The notes beneath the pieces are model-generated. The model was not told the DNA's origin. It did not search any database and saw nothing but the letters and a program-made list of their open reading frames with translations. Positions 10,362 through 19,455 of a stretch of 64,000 nucleotides of DNA are shown here, in pieces. Origin of the DNA: Candidatus Sumerlaeales bacterium (GTDB taxonomy: Bacteria > Sumerlaeota > Sumerlaeia > Sumerlaeales > Sumerlaeaceae); the NCBI GenBank assembly GCA_038243585.1, contig JBBSQY010000008.1:30896-94895 (forward strand). Reading direction: 5' to 3'. How positions within the stretch are numbered: position 1 is the stretch's first letter; each line of letters begins with the position of its first letter. A program made the translations under genes and the position numbers.

Positions 10362-11630
10362 CTAGTAATACAAATTCCAGTCTCCGCAAACCGCAGCCGG
10401 CGGCTCTTGGAACACGTGGATTGAGCCGGTAAGGGGCACATTATTTGCCGTATTCTGATCCGCGCTTACAACGACTTTCCCATTCGCCCCTCCGACCGAA
10501 ACCCCAAACCGGTCTTCTTTCATAGGCGTTGGATTTTCAATAATCTGCAGGAGGTGCCCTCCACTCGCGCTATACAAATAGGCGCGTCCCACCTTTGTTT
10601 CGGTAAAGGGTTCGTGAGGATTTCCAATAAGTATATATCTGCCGGATGAAGAAATAGAAGAGCCAAAAACCGAGCCGGGTTTGGGATCTGGATTTTCAAA
10701 ACGGTGAATGAGGGCGCCGGTTTCGCCATCGTATAAATAAGCCTTATTATTACCAGGAGCTCCGATGAGAAGGTCTTCTCCGTGGGCGCGCACCTGAAAG
10801 CCAAAGTACGCACCAGGTGTCGGATCCGGATTAACAATCTTGTGGATAACCGCGCCTGTGTTCGCGTTCAGCAAATAGGCAGCCCCCGCGTCCGCCGCCC
10901 CAATGTCGTGTCCGGTGCAACCCACCAATACTTTATCAGTGCCAATTCCCGCTACAGAATATCCAAAGTTGTCCTGACCGGTTGGGTCAGGACAGGAAAT
11001 CGTGCGAAGCAATGCGCCAGTCAGCGTGTTAAATAGGTAAACAGATCCGGTTCCGGGCCCTGATGCGTTGTCCGCGCGGGAACTTACAATGGCCGTTTCC
11101 CCCATCATGCCTACCCCATATCCAAACTGGTCATTAGACTCCGGCGTCGGATTTTGCAGAGTCTGGATGTGCTGACCGTTAGAGAGACTGAACACATATA
11201 CTCGCCCGGAATCGATCGCAGTGCCGTTGGGTTTTAAAAAGGCAGACGCAATTATTGTAGAATCTCCGGCACACGAGAACGGACTGTAGCCAACATTCGT
11301 TTCCGGCTCCGGATTTGGCATGGAGAATACCACCGCGCCCGTGTCTGGATTTATAAGGTAAACAATCCCAGCGTTTGGAACCTCCCCGACATCCGCGTGG
11401 GCTCCCGTCAAAATCAAACCGCTGTTGGTTATCATGAAGTTTCGCCCAAAGTTGTCGGCTATGGACGGCAAGGGGTTGTCAATGGTTCTCAACAAGGGAA
11501 GAGCGCTGACGTCTGAAGGCGCTCCGTTCGCTAAAATCAGCATCGCGAACGCTGTTGCTTTCATGGCGCGATGGGCAAGACTTACAGTAATTTGCGGGCG
11601 GAAAAATTTCAACGGTAGACGGCTCCTCAA
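10362..11630 (-). CDS. Secreted FG-GAP/integrin-alpha-like beta-propeller protein with C-terminal DWxxY tail
   Basis: Repeats NP.P...D.FG..V....ILIGAP..G.(A/V)YL; hydrophobic N-terminus; ends AAVCGDWNLYY. Start may be downstream (MKATAF). Confidence 0.8.
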   Translation of the reverse strand: MRSRLPLKFFRPQITVSLAHRAMKATAFAMLILANGAPSDVSALPLLRTIDNPLPSIADNFGRNFMITNSGLILTGAHADVGEVPNAGIVYLINPDTGAVVFSMPNPEPETNVGYSPFSCAGDSTIIASAFLKPNGTAIDSGRVYVFSLSNGQHIQTLQNPTPESNDQFGYGVGMMGETAIVSSRADNASGPGTGSVYLFNTLTGALLRTISCPDPTGQDNFGYSVAGIGTDKVLVGCTGHDIGAADAGAAYLLNANTGAVIHKIVNPDPTPGAYFGFQVRAHGEDLLIGAPGNNKAYLYDGETGALIHRFENPDPKPGSVFGSSISSSGRYILIGNPHEPFTETKVGRAYLYSASGGHLLQIIENPTPMKEDRFGVSVGGANGKVVVSADQNTANNVPLTGSIHVFQEPPAAVCGDWNLYY

Positions 11631-11721
11631 AATGGGTCTGGGTGATAGTATGGGTCAATTGCAAGACGGAGGAATACTTAATTTCTCCGGTCCGGCCATA
11701 TTTAATTCAAAGACTGCGCAA

Positions 11722-14700
11722 TCAGGTTTCCCAATGAAAATTGTCGGCCAGCAACTTTGCCGCTTCATCAGGCGGCAAGGGTCTTGAGAGCAGGAAACCC
11801 TGAACCTGTTGACAACTCAGCTCTTTAAGAATAGCCATTTGGTTCTCTGTCTCCACCCCTTCTGCAATAACGGCCATGTCCAGATTGCCGGCCATTTGGA
11901 TAATAGACCGCACGATTTCCCGTTCAGATCCGGCCTGTTCAATGCGACTGATAAAGGATCGATCGATTTTCACCGTATCAATGGGAAACTGGTGCAGGTA
12001 GCTGAGCGAAGAGTAGCCAGTGCCGAAGTCGTCAAGGGAAAGACCAAAGCCGGCATGTTTCAGGCGGTTTAGCATGCCGATTATCGTGTCGTGCCGTTCC
12101 ATTAAGATGCTCTCGGTAATTTCCAGTTTAATGCAATCAGGTTCCAAATCGAAATCGCTAACAGCGCTGATAATCCGCTGATCCAGATCCGGCACGGCAA
12201 ATTGTCTCACGGAAAGGTTGACCGATATCGTAAGAGTCTCACAGGAAATCGAAAATTCGTTACGCCACTTGCGGAGCTGGCGGGCCGCTTCCGCGATCAC
12301 CCAGTAGCCAATAGGAATTATTAGTCTTGTCTCCTCGGCTATTGAGATAAAATCCCCGGGCGGCACCAGGCCGCGGGTCGGATGTTCCCATCGCAGTAAT
12401 GCTTCAAACCCGCCAATAGAACCGGACGACATATCAATTATTGGCTGATAATGAAGCCGCAGTTCATTACGTTGAAGCGCCCTTCGCAGGTCATTTTCCA
12501 TTTCCAGGGTAGAAAGAGCATTTTCATGCATTTGCGGATTAAAGACTTCATAACAGGCTTTCCCACGGGCCTTTGCTCGATAAAGCGCATTATCCGCATC
12601 CCGCAGGATTGCTTCCGGCTCTGTGTATCCAGGAGAGTCGAAGGCAATGCCAAGGCTGGCAGTAATAAAAACCTCCCGATCGTCCAGCAATACAGGTTCG
12701 GCAAGGTTCTTTAATATTTTTTCGGCGACTGGGATCACGTCGTCCGGATGACTGATGTCGTCGAGAAGCACAACAAATTCATCGCCAGCGAAGCGAGCTA
12801 CTGTGTCGCCAAGACGTACGGTCGTCGCAAGGCGCCGGCCGACAGTCACCAGCAAACTATCTCCCATGAGGTGGCCAAGACTGTCGTTAATATTTTTAAA
12901 CCTGTCTAAATCCAAAAACAAGACAGCGAAATGATAATTTTCCCGACGGTTGGCGCGGTGGAGCGCCTGTTGAATATGGTCAAGAAGCAGCGCCCGGTTC
13001 GCGAGGCCGGTTAGAGAATCATGAAGGGAGGTGTGAACGAGTTGCCGCTCAAATTCTTTGCGTTCCGTAATGTCCTGTAAAATCCCAAGACAGCCGATGG
13101 GACGGCCATTTTCATCGGTCATGGCTACCGACGTGTCGGCCACCCAGCGTTCTTCTCCCAGGCGCGTGCGAATATGGATATCCGCCTTCCAGTTTGTGCG
13201 CTTGCCGTCCCGAATTTCTCGGCCTATCACCTTGGCGTCCTTCTCGTCGGTCGCTCCATGTGCCACAGTTTCTAAAACCATTTGAGTCCAAATGGTCGTG
13301 GTAAATTCTTCAGGGCTCCAGCCAGTAATAGTTTCAATTCCATCACCCACAAACTCGTACCGGTCGTTCAGATAGTCCAATTGATAAGGCACCGCGCCGG
13401 CGGACGAGATGGCCTGTCGATAGTGCTGTTCTCGTATACGCAGTGATTGTTCCGCGCGGGCTCGTTCCAGAGTACTGCTGCAATGATTAGCCAGCGTTTG
13501 GAAGAGCTGGAGATCATCCTCGTCATATGCCTGATACGTATAGCTTTGGATGGAGAACACGCCGGACGTGCCGGAGGGGCCACGAACAGGAACCCACATA
13601 AGCGATGCCGACAGTCGCTCCGTATTTCCAAAGCGGCGAATGTCCGCGGTCGTCATGTCAGATGGTTCCCGTAGGATTAATAGCTGTCCCTCTGTTAACG
13701 CCCGCTTGACCAGACCACTGGGCTTCAGTTCACTTTGGCGTCCAAACAACGTACGCTCACCATTGACTTCGTCGTATGCGATAAGCTGATCCACTCTATC
13801 TTGCTCCGGATAACATAGATGGAGAGAACAGGAGTCCCATCCGATCATGTCATCGGCCACGGAAGAGATAATAATTGCGGCGTCATGGGGCGATGTGGTG
13901 CCGCTGAGTTGCTCTCCCAAACGAGAGAAACCCCGGTTCCTCTCCTCCGCTTTGCATCTTTTCATGGCCGGCGCGGCCACGTTGGCGATCTGTTGCAGTA
14001 AGTCCAGATCTTTCTCAGAAAACATATTTTCTGTATAGGATTGAACAGACAAAACGCCCACCTTCCGGCCGTTAATCTGAAGTGGGGCATACATAAGACT
14101 TGCGGACGGTACGGATTCATTGCCGAAGCGGTTGAAGGAATCCAGTGCCTGCTTTGCTTCTCGATTAAGAAGCAGCGGCGTGCTAAGGTTCTTTCCTACG
14201 GATAAAATGGCGTCGCTTCGCAAATCCCAGAAATATTGTTTCTCTCCATTTACAGTGTCGACTTCTACAACTGTCCGGAAGCGACCCTGGCCGGACTGGC
14301 GAACATAGAGCGACAGGGCGTCCCACGTCCACAGGTCTGAAGCGGCCGCCACAATCCCCTCACCTAATTTCTCCATTGTGTCAGCCGCCGCGAGTTCGTG
14401 CCCCAGTTGCGCCAGAACCGCCTGGTGTTGCTGTTCATGACGCTCCCGAGTAACGTCTCGGATAAAACCCTGCAAACTTTCTAGATGTCCGTCTTTGTAA
14501 TTGCCTGAGCCGTGTTCCTCAAGCCAGCACCAGTCCCCATTCTTGTTTTGGAATCGGAATTCCAGATGATAACGCCTGCGGACGTTGACGGCCTGTTCTA
14601 CCTTTTCGTGCACCTGGTGCAGATCGTCGGGGTGGATCCGGGAAGAAAAGGCAACTTTTCCGTTTATCAAAGCTTCTGGAGAAAATCCAATAACGCGCTC

Positions 14701-15453
14701 GGTACCGCTGCTCACGTACAACATGGTAAAGTCTTCGTCGTTCAGACAGGTGTAGACCATCCCGGGCAGGTTGTCCGCCAGACGCCGAAACTGTTCCTCG
14801 CTGCTACGCAGAGAATCCTCCGCATGCTTTCGTTCCGTCACATTGTGCGTCGCCCCGATGATCTGATCTATTTCTCCGCGCTCATCCAGCAGCGGCACAT
14901 AATTAACGATAGCAATCGCCGTCGCCCCGTCAGGCAGCAGAACAGCGCATTCGGCGGATTGGGCGGCGCGGGTTTCGGATGCGCGCTTGAGCAGCGCCAG
15001 GTATTCACGAGTCGAATCCTCAGGAAAAAGCTCATCGTCCCGCCTACCCAGCATCTGCTCCCGGGCAAGACCGGCCACTTTAACCGCTATGTCGTTGACA
15101 AATCTAAAGCGCAACTGCGCGTCATAGATGACAAACGTGCTTGGAATGTTGTCCAGGGCCGTGCGCATGCGCTGCTCGCTGTCCGTCAGCGCCCTGCTTG
15201 TCAATTCAATGCGTACCAGAAGGCGCCGGGCGAGCCAGAACAACACAAGGGTGGTCGCACCTACAAAAAACAATCCTTTATTAATTTGCCATCTGGTCAT
15301 TTGCTCGCCGGATGCAGTAGGCGAAGAAGAGAAAACTTCCAAGTCCGATGCGATTATCCATGTTGCGCCCAGCACGAAATACATCGATGCGATTTTAAAA
15401 GCCTTATAGCTGGATTGGCTCCAACCCACATACAGCGATCGACTCCAACTCAA
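11722..15453 (-). CDS. Membrane PAS-PAS-GAF-GAF-PAS-GGDEF-EAL c-di-GMP enzyme
   Basis: N-terminal TMs; PAS/PAC (HPDD, DITERK); two GAF copies; LDLDRFK.IND.LGH, AGDEF; EALLRW, LEITES, DDFGTGYSS, AEGVE. Confidence 0.93.
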   Translation of the reverse strand: MSWSRSLYVGWSQSSYKAFKIASMYFVLGATWIIASDLEVFSSSPTASGEQMTRWQINKGLFFVGATTLVLFWLARRLLVRIELTSRALTDSEQRMRTALDNIPSTFVIYDAQLRFRFVNDIAVKVAGLAREQMLGRRDDELFPEDSTREYLALLKRASETRAAQSAECAVLLPDGATAIAIVNYVPLLDERGEIDQIIGATHNVTERKHAEDSLRSSEEQFRRLADNLPGMVYTCLNDEDFTMLYVSSGTERVIGFSPEALINGKVAFSSRIHPDDLHQVHEKVEQAVNVRRRYHLEFRFQNKNGDWCWLEEHGSGNYKDGHLESLQGFIRDVTRERHEQQHQAVLAQLGHELAAADTMEKLGEGIVAAASDLWTWDALSLYVRQSGQGRFRTVVEVDTVNGEKQYFWDLRSDAILSVGKNLSTPLLLNREAKQALDSFNRFGNESVPSASLMYAPLQINGRKVGVLSVQSYTENMFSEKDLDLLQQIANVAAPAMKRCKAEERNRGFSRLGEQLSGTTSPHDAAIIISSVADDMIGWDSCSLHLCYPEQDRVDQLIAYDEVNGERTLFGRQSELKPSGLVKRALTEGQLLILREPSDMTTADIRRFGNTERLSASLMWVPVRGPSGTSGVFSIQSYTYQAYDEDDLQLFQTLANHCSSTLERARAEQSLRIREQHYRQAISSAGAVPYQLDYLNDRYEFVGDGIETITGWSPEEFTTTIWTQMVLETVAHGATDEKDAKVIGREIRDGKRTNWKADIHIRTRLGEERWVADTSVAMTDENGRPIGCLGILQDITERKEFERQLVHTSLHDSLTGLANRALLLDHIQQALHRANRRENYHFAVLFLDLDRFKNINDSLGHLMGDSLLVTVGRRLATTVRLGDTVARFAGDEFVVLLDDISHPDDVIPVAEKILKNLAEPVLLDDREVFITASLGIAFDSPGYTEPEAILRDADNALYRAKARGKACYEVFNPQMHENALSTLEMENDLRRALQRNELRLHYQPIIDMSSGSIGGFEALLRWEHPTRGLVPPGDFISIAEETRLIIPIGYWVIAEAARQLRKWRNEFSISCETLTISVNLSVRQFAVPDLDQRIISAVSDFDLEPDCIKLEITESILMERHDTIIGMLNRLKHAGFGLSLDDFGTGYSSLSYLHQFPIDTVKIDRSFISRIEQAGSEREIVRSIIQMAGNLDMAVIAEGVETENQMAILKELSCQQVQGFLLSRPLPPDEAAKLLADNFHWET

Positions 15454-15646
15454 GCGGATAGTCCACGGCCAGCGGGCTTAAATGCTAACCGGCGTTTAAT
15501 CATTATTCCTCGGGAGTTCTTCAGAGACATATTATGTGAAAGGCCTAACGAGTTGCTTTTTTATACTTTCTCTATGGGCATGCAAGAGAATTGTTAAAGC
15601 GATTATCAAGCCCAGGACCTTGCAGAAAATCCTAATGGTTCAGTGT

Positions 15647-15949
15647 TCAGTCCATCTCCAGCGGGTTTACTTTTTCCACTTCTTCTCCGCTTGCGTTGCT
15701 CTCTTTTATCCGCTCATCGAACAAAGCATTCAAACGAGCCTTCTTCGCGTCCTGCTCCTCCTGAAAACGCGAAAACTTCTCTTCAGCATGACCGGGCCTC
15801 TCCCGCACCTTTTTCAGAGCATCTTCGTAGCGGTCGCCCGAGGACTGATCAAGGATGGGTCTGCGTTCTTCCAGAACTTTGCCGGATTTGCGCTCGACAA
15901 TAAGTATGGTGTCGCAACAGGGACACGGTATCTGCCAGGTATCGCTCAC
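15647..15949 (-). CDS. Small hypothetical protein with N-terminal CPCC motif and helical C-terminus
   Basis: GTG start with AGGAGG RBS; charged, protein-like composition. Confidence 0.7.
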   Translation of the reverse strand: MSDTWQIPCPCCDTILIVERKSGKVLEERRPILDQSSGDRYEDALKKVRERPGHAEEKFSRFQEEQDAKKARLNALFDERIKESNASGEEVEKVNPLEMD

Positions 15950-16282
15950 GGAAAAACGCCCTCCTGATAAATCGATTGTTTAGATCACGTATTGCAGCTT
16001 CTCGATAAGTCACAAGAGAAATTAAGACCAGGCGAGAAGTCGAGTCGCAATAATCTCACACATTCTTCCACGCTGTCGAACATTCTCACTATTCTCTTTG
16101 ACTTCCAATACAAGTGCCTGCGAACGAATGTCTCTAATATAACATTAGTCATCCAGCAGTCACAAACGATGGGCCTCTATCTGCTCCTGATCGTGTTTGG
16201 TGACAGGCTGAACCAAGGGTTGGATCGCTTTTTGGCTTCAACCGCCATTGCGTTTGAACCGTTATGCAGGGAGTATGGATGA

Positions 16283-18316
16283 ATGCCTATTAGCCTCCGC
16301 GGCCGGACTTTCTGGTCCATGATCAACGGCTTTGGTTTACAAGTCACCCTTGTTGCAGGACTCACCATCACACTGTCACAAGCACTTCCGCTCGCGGCTG
16401 CTGAAACGGACAATCCTCTCCTTGCCACCTACGATGGTGGCTCAATATCGCTGGATCTACTTGAAGAATTTGCCCGTGAAATGCCGATATCTCAACGCAT
16501 TCCATTCGCAAACGGAGCGGGAGACTGGCGGCGTTTTATCTGCGGCGAACTTGCACAGTCAGTAACCCTGACCAGCCAGGCGCTCCAGATGGGGCTTCAC
16601 CAGAACCCCGGCTATCTCCGGGCTCGAGATTATTTCATACAGGAATACCTGTGTTATCTGGTTATGCGCGATAAGCTCACTAATGTGATGGATATATCGC
16701 CTGAGAAACAGCGGCAGCAATACAAGACGAACCTGGCGGATTACTGGTTAAGCCCGACTGCCACCATGCGGGTCATCCGCACCCGGGATTTAAACAAAAT
16801 TTCCAGTGCCGCCGTCGCTCTGGAGTCCGGCAGCGACTTCCTGAAGGTGGAAATGGAATTTTCGCAGGTAAGCCCCAGGTATCGAGGCCAGCTGGTAGGA
16901 CCGTTTCCGTCTACGCAGGAACGGACCACAATCCCGCCACCAGATGAAGTCATTAATGCAGCTCTGGCTATTGACGAAGGCCAAACCACCGGCCCGATGG
17001 AAGTTGGCGGATTTCATTTTATCGTAAAAAATGAACGAAAAACAGCAGGACGGCAACAGAGTCTTTACGAGGTTGCGGAGCGAGTGGAAGAGCGACTGCG
17101 CGAAGCCGAGAGCGGGGTGCTGCTTCCGGAGTTGATTGATCAGATTCAGAAGGAACTGGGTGTTGAGGTAGATGAAGCGTTGTTTAGCGCGTCCAACACC
17201 AAGCCGGATGACCTGCTTGCCACCGTGGGAGCCCTTAAAATATACCGTCAGGAATTTACTGAGCTAAACGGCAACGTGCGTGGGCCAGCGGGGCCCGTCG
17301 CCGGGATGATGCCGACACGGCTTAAGGGATTTGTTCTTCCGTATATGATGGCCCAGTGGGCAAAAGTCCATGGTTACATGGACAGGGAGGAAACGCGCAA
17401 AGCACTGTATTACTATGACTTGCAGCATCTGGCTGGCAAAGTGGCGATGGATATTTCTGAACAGCTGGCGCCGTCGCCAACAGATGAGCAATTAAGGGCG
17501 ACATTTCAGAAAAACATTGCCGAATATCGACGCACTGGAGCGCCTGAGCCTCGCTTTGAAGATCACCGGGATGATTTATTGAACATTCAAATGCAAGAGC
17601 GCGCCCCGAACGTTGAGCGTCAGGTAAGGAAGGCGGTGCTTTCGCGTATTAATTTTAAGCTGACGGACGCGCCTCGCAGCACCGATATCACCGCTCTTGA
17701 GGCGCTCTCGACGGCCGGCGACCGGCTTTCATCGGGTATTCGATTGTTGAGAATTGCCCCAGTTCAGCTTATGAGCGACGCTAGTGGAGCGACCTCTTAC
17801 GAAGACATTGGTCGCGCGCCCGAGTGGAGAATAAGCTTCGACACGGGCTTTGAGACCAGCACATCAGAAATGCTGGTAAAAGGACCGGCGCCCCTGCTTA
17901 CTAACGATGACTCGTACTCATCCGTACCAGCTTTTCGACGCTGGCCTAAACTTTTGCAATTTGATACCGACGCATTGAAGCGCCATGCCATTGACAAGGG
18001 GATTGGCGATTTCATGGCCAAGCATGATAACAAAGTCCATGTTGTGGCGGCGGTGGATTTTTCATACAGCGATGATGATCCAACCAGTCCCGGAGATTGT
18101 CTTATAACTTATACGGCAACACCGGTAGGTGCACCTGCCGCTGAGGCATTTGTAATCAGGTACGCCGGAGACGATGGTGAAATAACAAAACGGCGTTTGG
18201 GCGAGGTGGAACAAATCTGTCAAACCTGTCCATCCCCAGGGACTGCGACGCCGCGCGATCACTCAAATTCTGAAACCACATCCAGTACATTGCCATTGCA
18301 AAAAGGAGATTTGTAA
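16283..18316 (+). CDS. Exported PpiC/parvulin-like (SurA/PrsA-type) chaperone domain protein
   Basis: Signal peptide; LATYDGGSI; AAVALESGSDF....EFS; GQTTGPMEVGGFHFIVK rotamase-like segment. Confidence 0.7.
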   Translation: MPISLRGRTFWSMINGFGLQVTLVAGLTITLSQALPLAAAETDNPLLATYDGGSISLDLLEEFAREMPISQRIPFANGAGDWRRFICGELAQSVTLTSQALQMGLHQNPGYLRARDYFIQEYLCYLVMRDKLTNVMDISPEKQRQQYKTNLADYWLSPTATMRVIRTRDLNKISSAAVALESGSDFLKVEMEFSQVSPRYRGQLVGPFPSTQERTTIPPPDEVINAALAIDEGQTTGPMEVGGFHFIVKNERKTAGRQQSLYEVAERVEERLREAESGVLLPELIDQIQKELGVEVDEALFSASNTKPDDLLATVGALKIYRQEFTELNGNVRGPAGPVAGMMPTRLKGFVLPYMMAQWAKVHGYMDREETRKALYYYDLQHLAGKVAMDISEQLAPSPTDEQLRATFQKNIAEYRRTGAPEPRFEDHRDDLLNIQMQERAPNVERQVRKAVLSRINFKLTDAPRSTDITALEALSTAGDRLSSGIRLLRIAPVQLMSDASGATSYEDIGRAPEWRISFDTGFETSTSEMLVKGPAPLLTNDDSYSSVPAFRRWPKLLQFDTDALKRHAIDKGIGDFMAKHDNKVHVVAAVDFSYSDDDPTSPGDCLITYTATPVGAPAAEAFVIRYAGDDGEITKRRLGEVEQICQTCPSPGTATPRDHSNSETTSSTLPLQKGDL

Positions 18317-18317
18317 A

Positions 18318-19340
18318 ATGACCCCTCAACAAACGAAACTCACGCTCGCAGCCGCAGTTGTAGCGGCGGTTCTTGCCGGGTCTTATGCTCTGAACCGGGT
18401 GGCCGACGACAAGCACACTACAGCCGGCGGCGACAGTTCGGAACAGGCCGATGCCGATATACGACAAAACAGGCTTAATCTGGGCACGGGAGGTCGAGGT
18501 GACTCTGCGTCCAGCGGAAAAGGCACTGATAAGAAAACCGCTAACAAAAACGCCTCAGGAGCAGACAGCGACAGCGACAGAGATTTGGCGTCAATTGTGG
18601 ATTCCGTAACGAGCGAGGTACTACCTATTGAGACCGAAGCCGAAACTCGCGATCGTAAGCGGTACGAGGAGGCCATGGCCAATCAATTCAAGTACCGGGA
18701 AAACGATCCAAAAAAGATTAAGCCAACTGAGCTTACGCCCGTGCTAAGCACCGTCAGCGAAAAGTATAACATACCAGATAACCTGCTGGCGGCAATGATG
18801 TATGTGGAAACCGGTGGCACCCATCGCGATGGAGATCATTCAATGGAAGCCGGCTACGGGGTTATGAACCTTCGCGAGAATAACATGGTGGACACGCTGG
18901 GCGAGGCGGCGTCGCTTATTGGGAAAAGCAAAGAGGATGTGCTGTACGATCAGGCGACAAACATTGAGGCCGCGGCTGCTCTCGTGCGCAGTTATTATGA
19001 CGACGCCCTTGCGAGCGGCGTCAGCGAAAGCGAAGCATGGTACATGGCCATTTCTCAATACAGCGGACGCCCCGATCCACAGCTTGCCGGAAATCTGGCC
19101 GACGAGACTGCTGGATGGATGCTGAAGGGCTTTGAATTGCACCTGAGCGATGGCGGCGGAGACGTTATTGTCCCCCCCAATCCCAATCCGCTATTTCTTC
19201 CCAAGGATTGGGAGCTTGTAGGAATGACGCCTCCGACGGAAGGCAGTGGCCCACAGGTCATGCCGGGCACAATACCACCTGACGCCCAGGGATACGGAGC
19301 TACTGGAGCCGCCGCCGGGGGGGCGGAAGTAACCCCATAA
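18318..19340 (+). CDS. Membrane-anchored lytic transglycosylase/lysozyme-like (SLT) domain protein
   Basis: SEKYNIPDNLLAAMMYVET (catalytic-type E), GYGVMNL, D..NIEAAAAL; N-terminal TM then low-complexity linker; AGGAG RBS. Confidence 0.75.
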   Translation: MTPQQTKLTLAAAVVAAVLAGSYALNRVADDKHTTAGGDSSEQADADIRQNRLNLGTGGRGDSASSGKGTDKKTANKNASGADSDSDRDLASIVDSVTSEVLPIETEAETRDRKRYEEAMANQFKYRENDPKKIKPTELTPVLSTVSEKYNIPDNLLAAMMYVETGGTHRDGDHSMEAGYGVMNLRENNMVDTLGEAASLIGKSKEDVLYDQATNIEAAAALVRSYYDDALASGVSESEAWYMAISQYSGRPDPQLAGNLADETAGWMLKGFELHLSDGGGDVIVPPNPNPLFLPKDWELVGMTPPTEGSGPQVMPGTIPPDAQGYGATGAAAGGAEVTP

Positions 19341-19455
19341 TAAGTGATGTCGCTTAAATCTAAATAGTCAATCGATAACGCGAATGTCCCGAAGCCGCCT
19401 TTCCCGCTGAGAGGCGATACTGACGGCCGTCCAATGTTGCAAACCCGGAGGTATT

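Noticed and set aside
14512..15597. 361-aa + strand ORF antisense to the GGDEF/EAL gene
   Set aside because: Antisense shadow; no recognisable domain.
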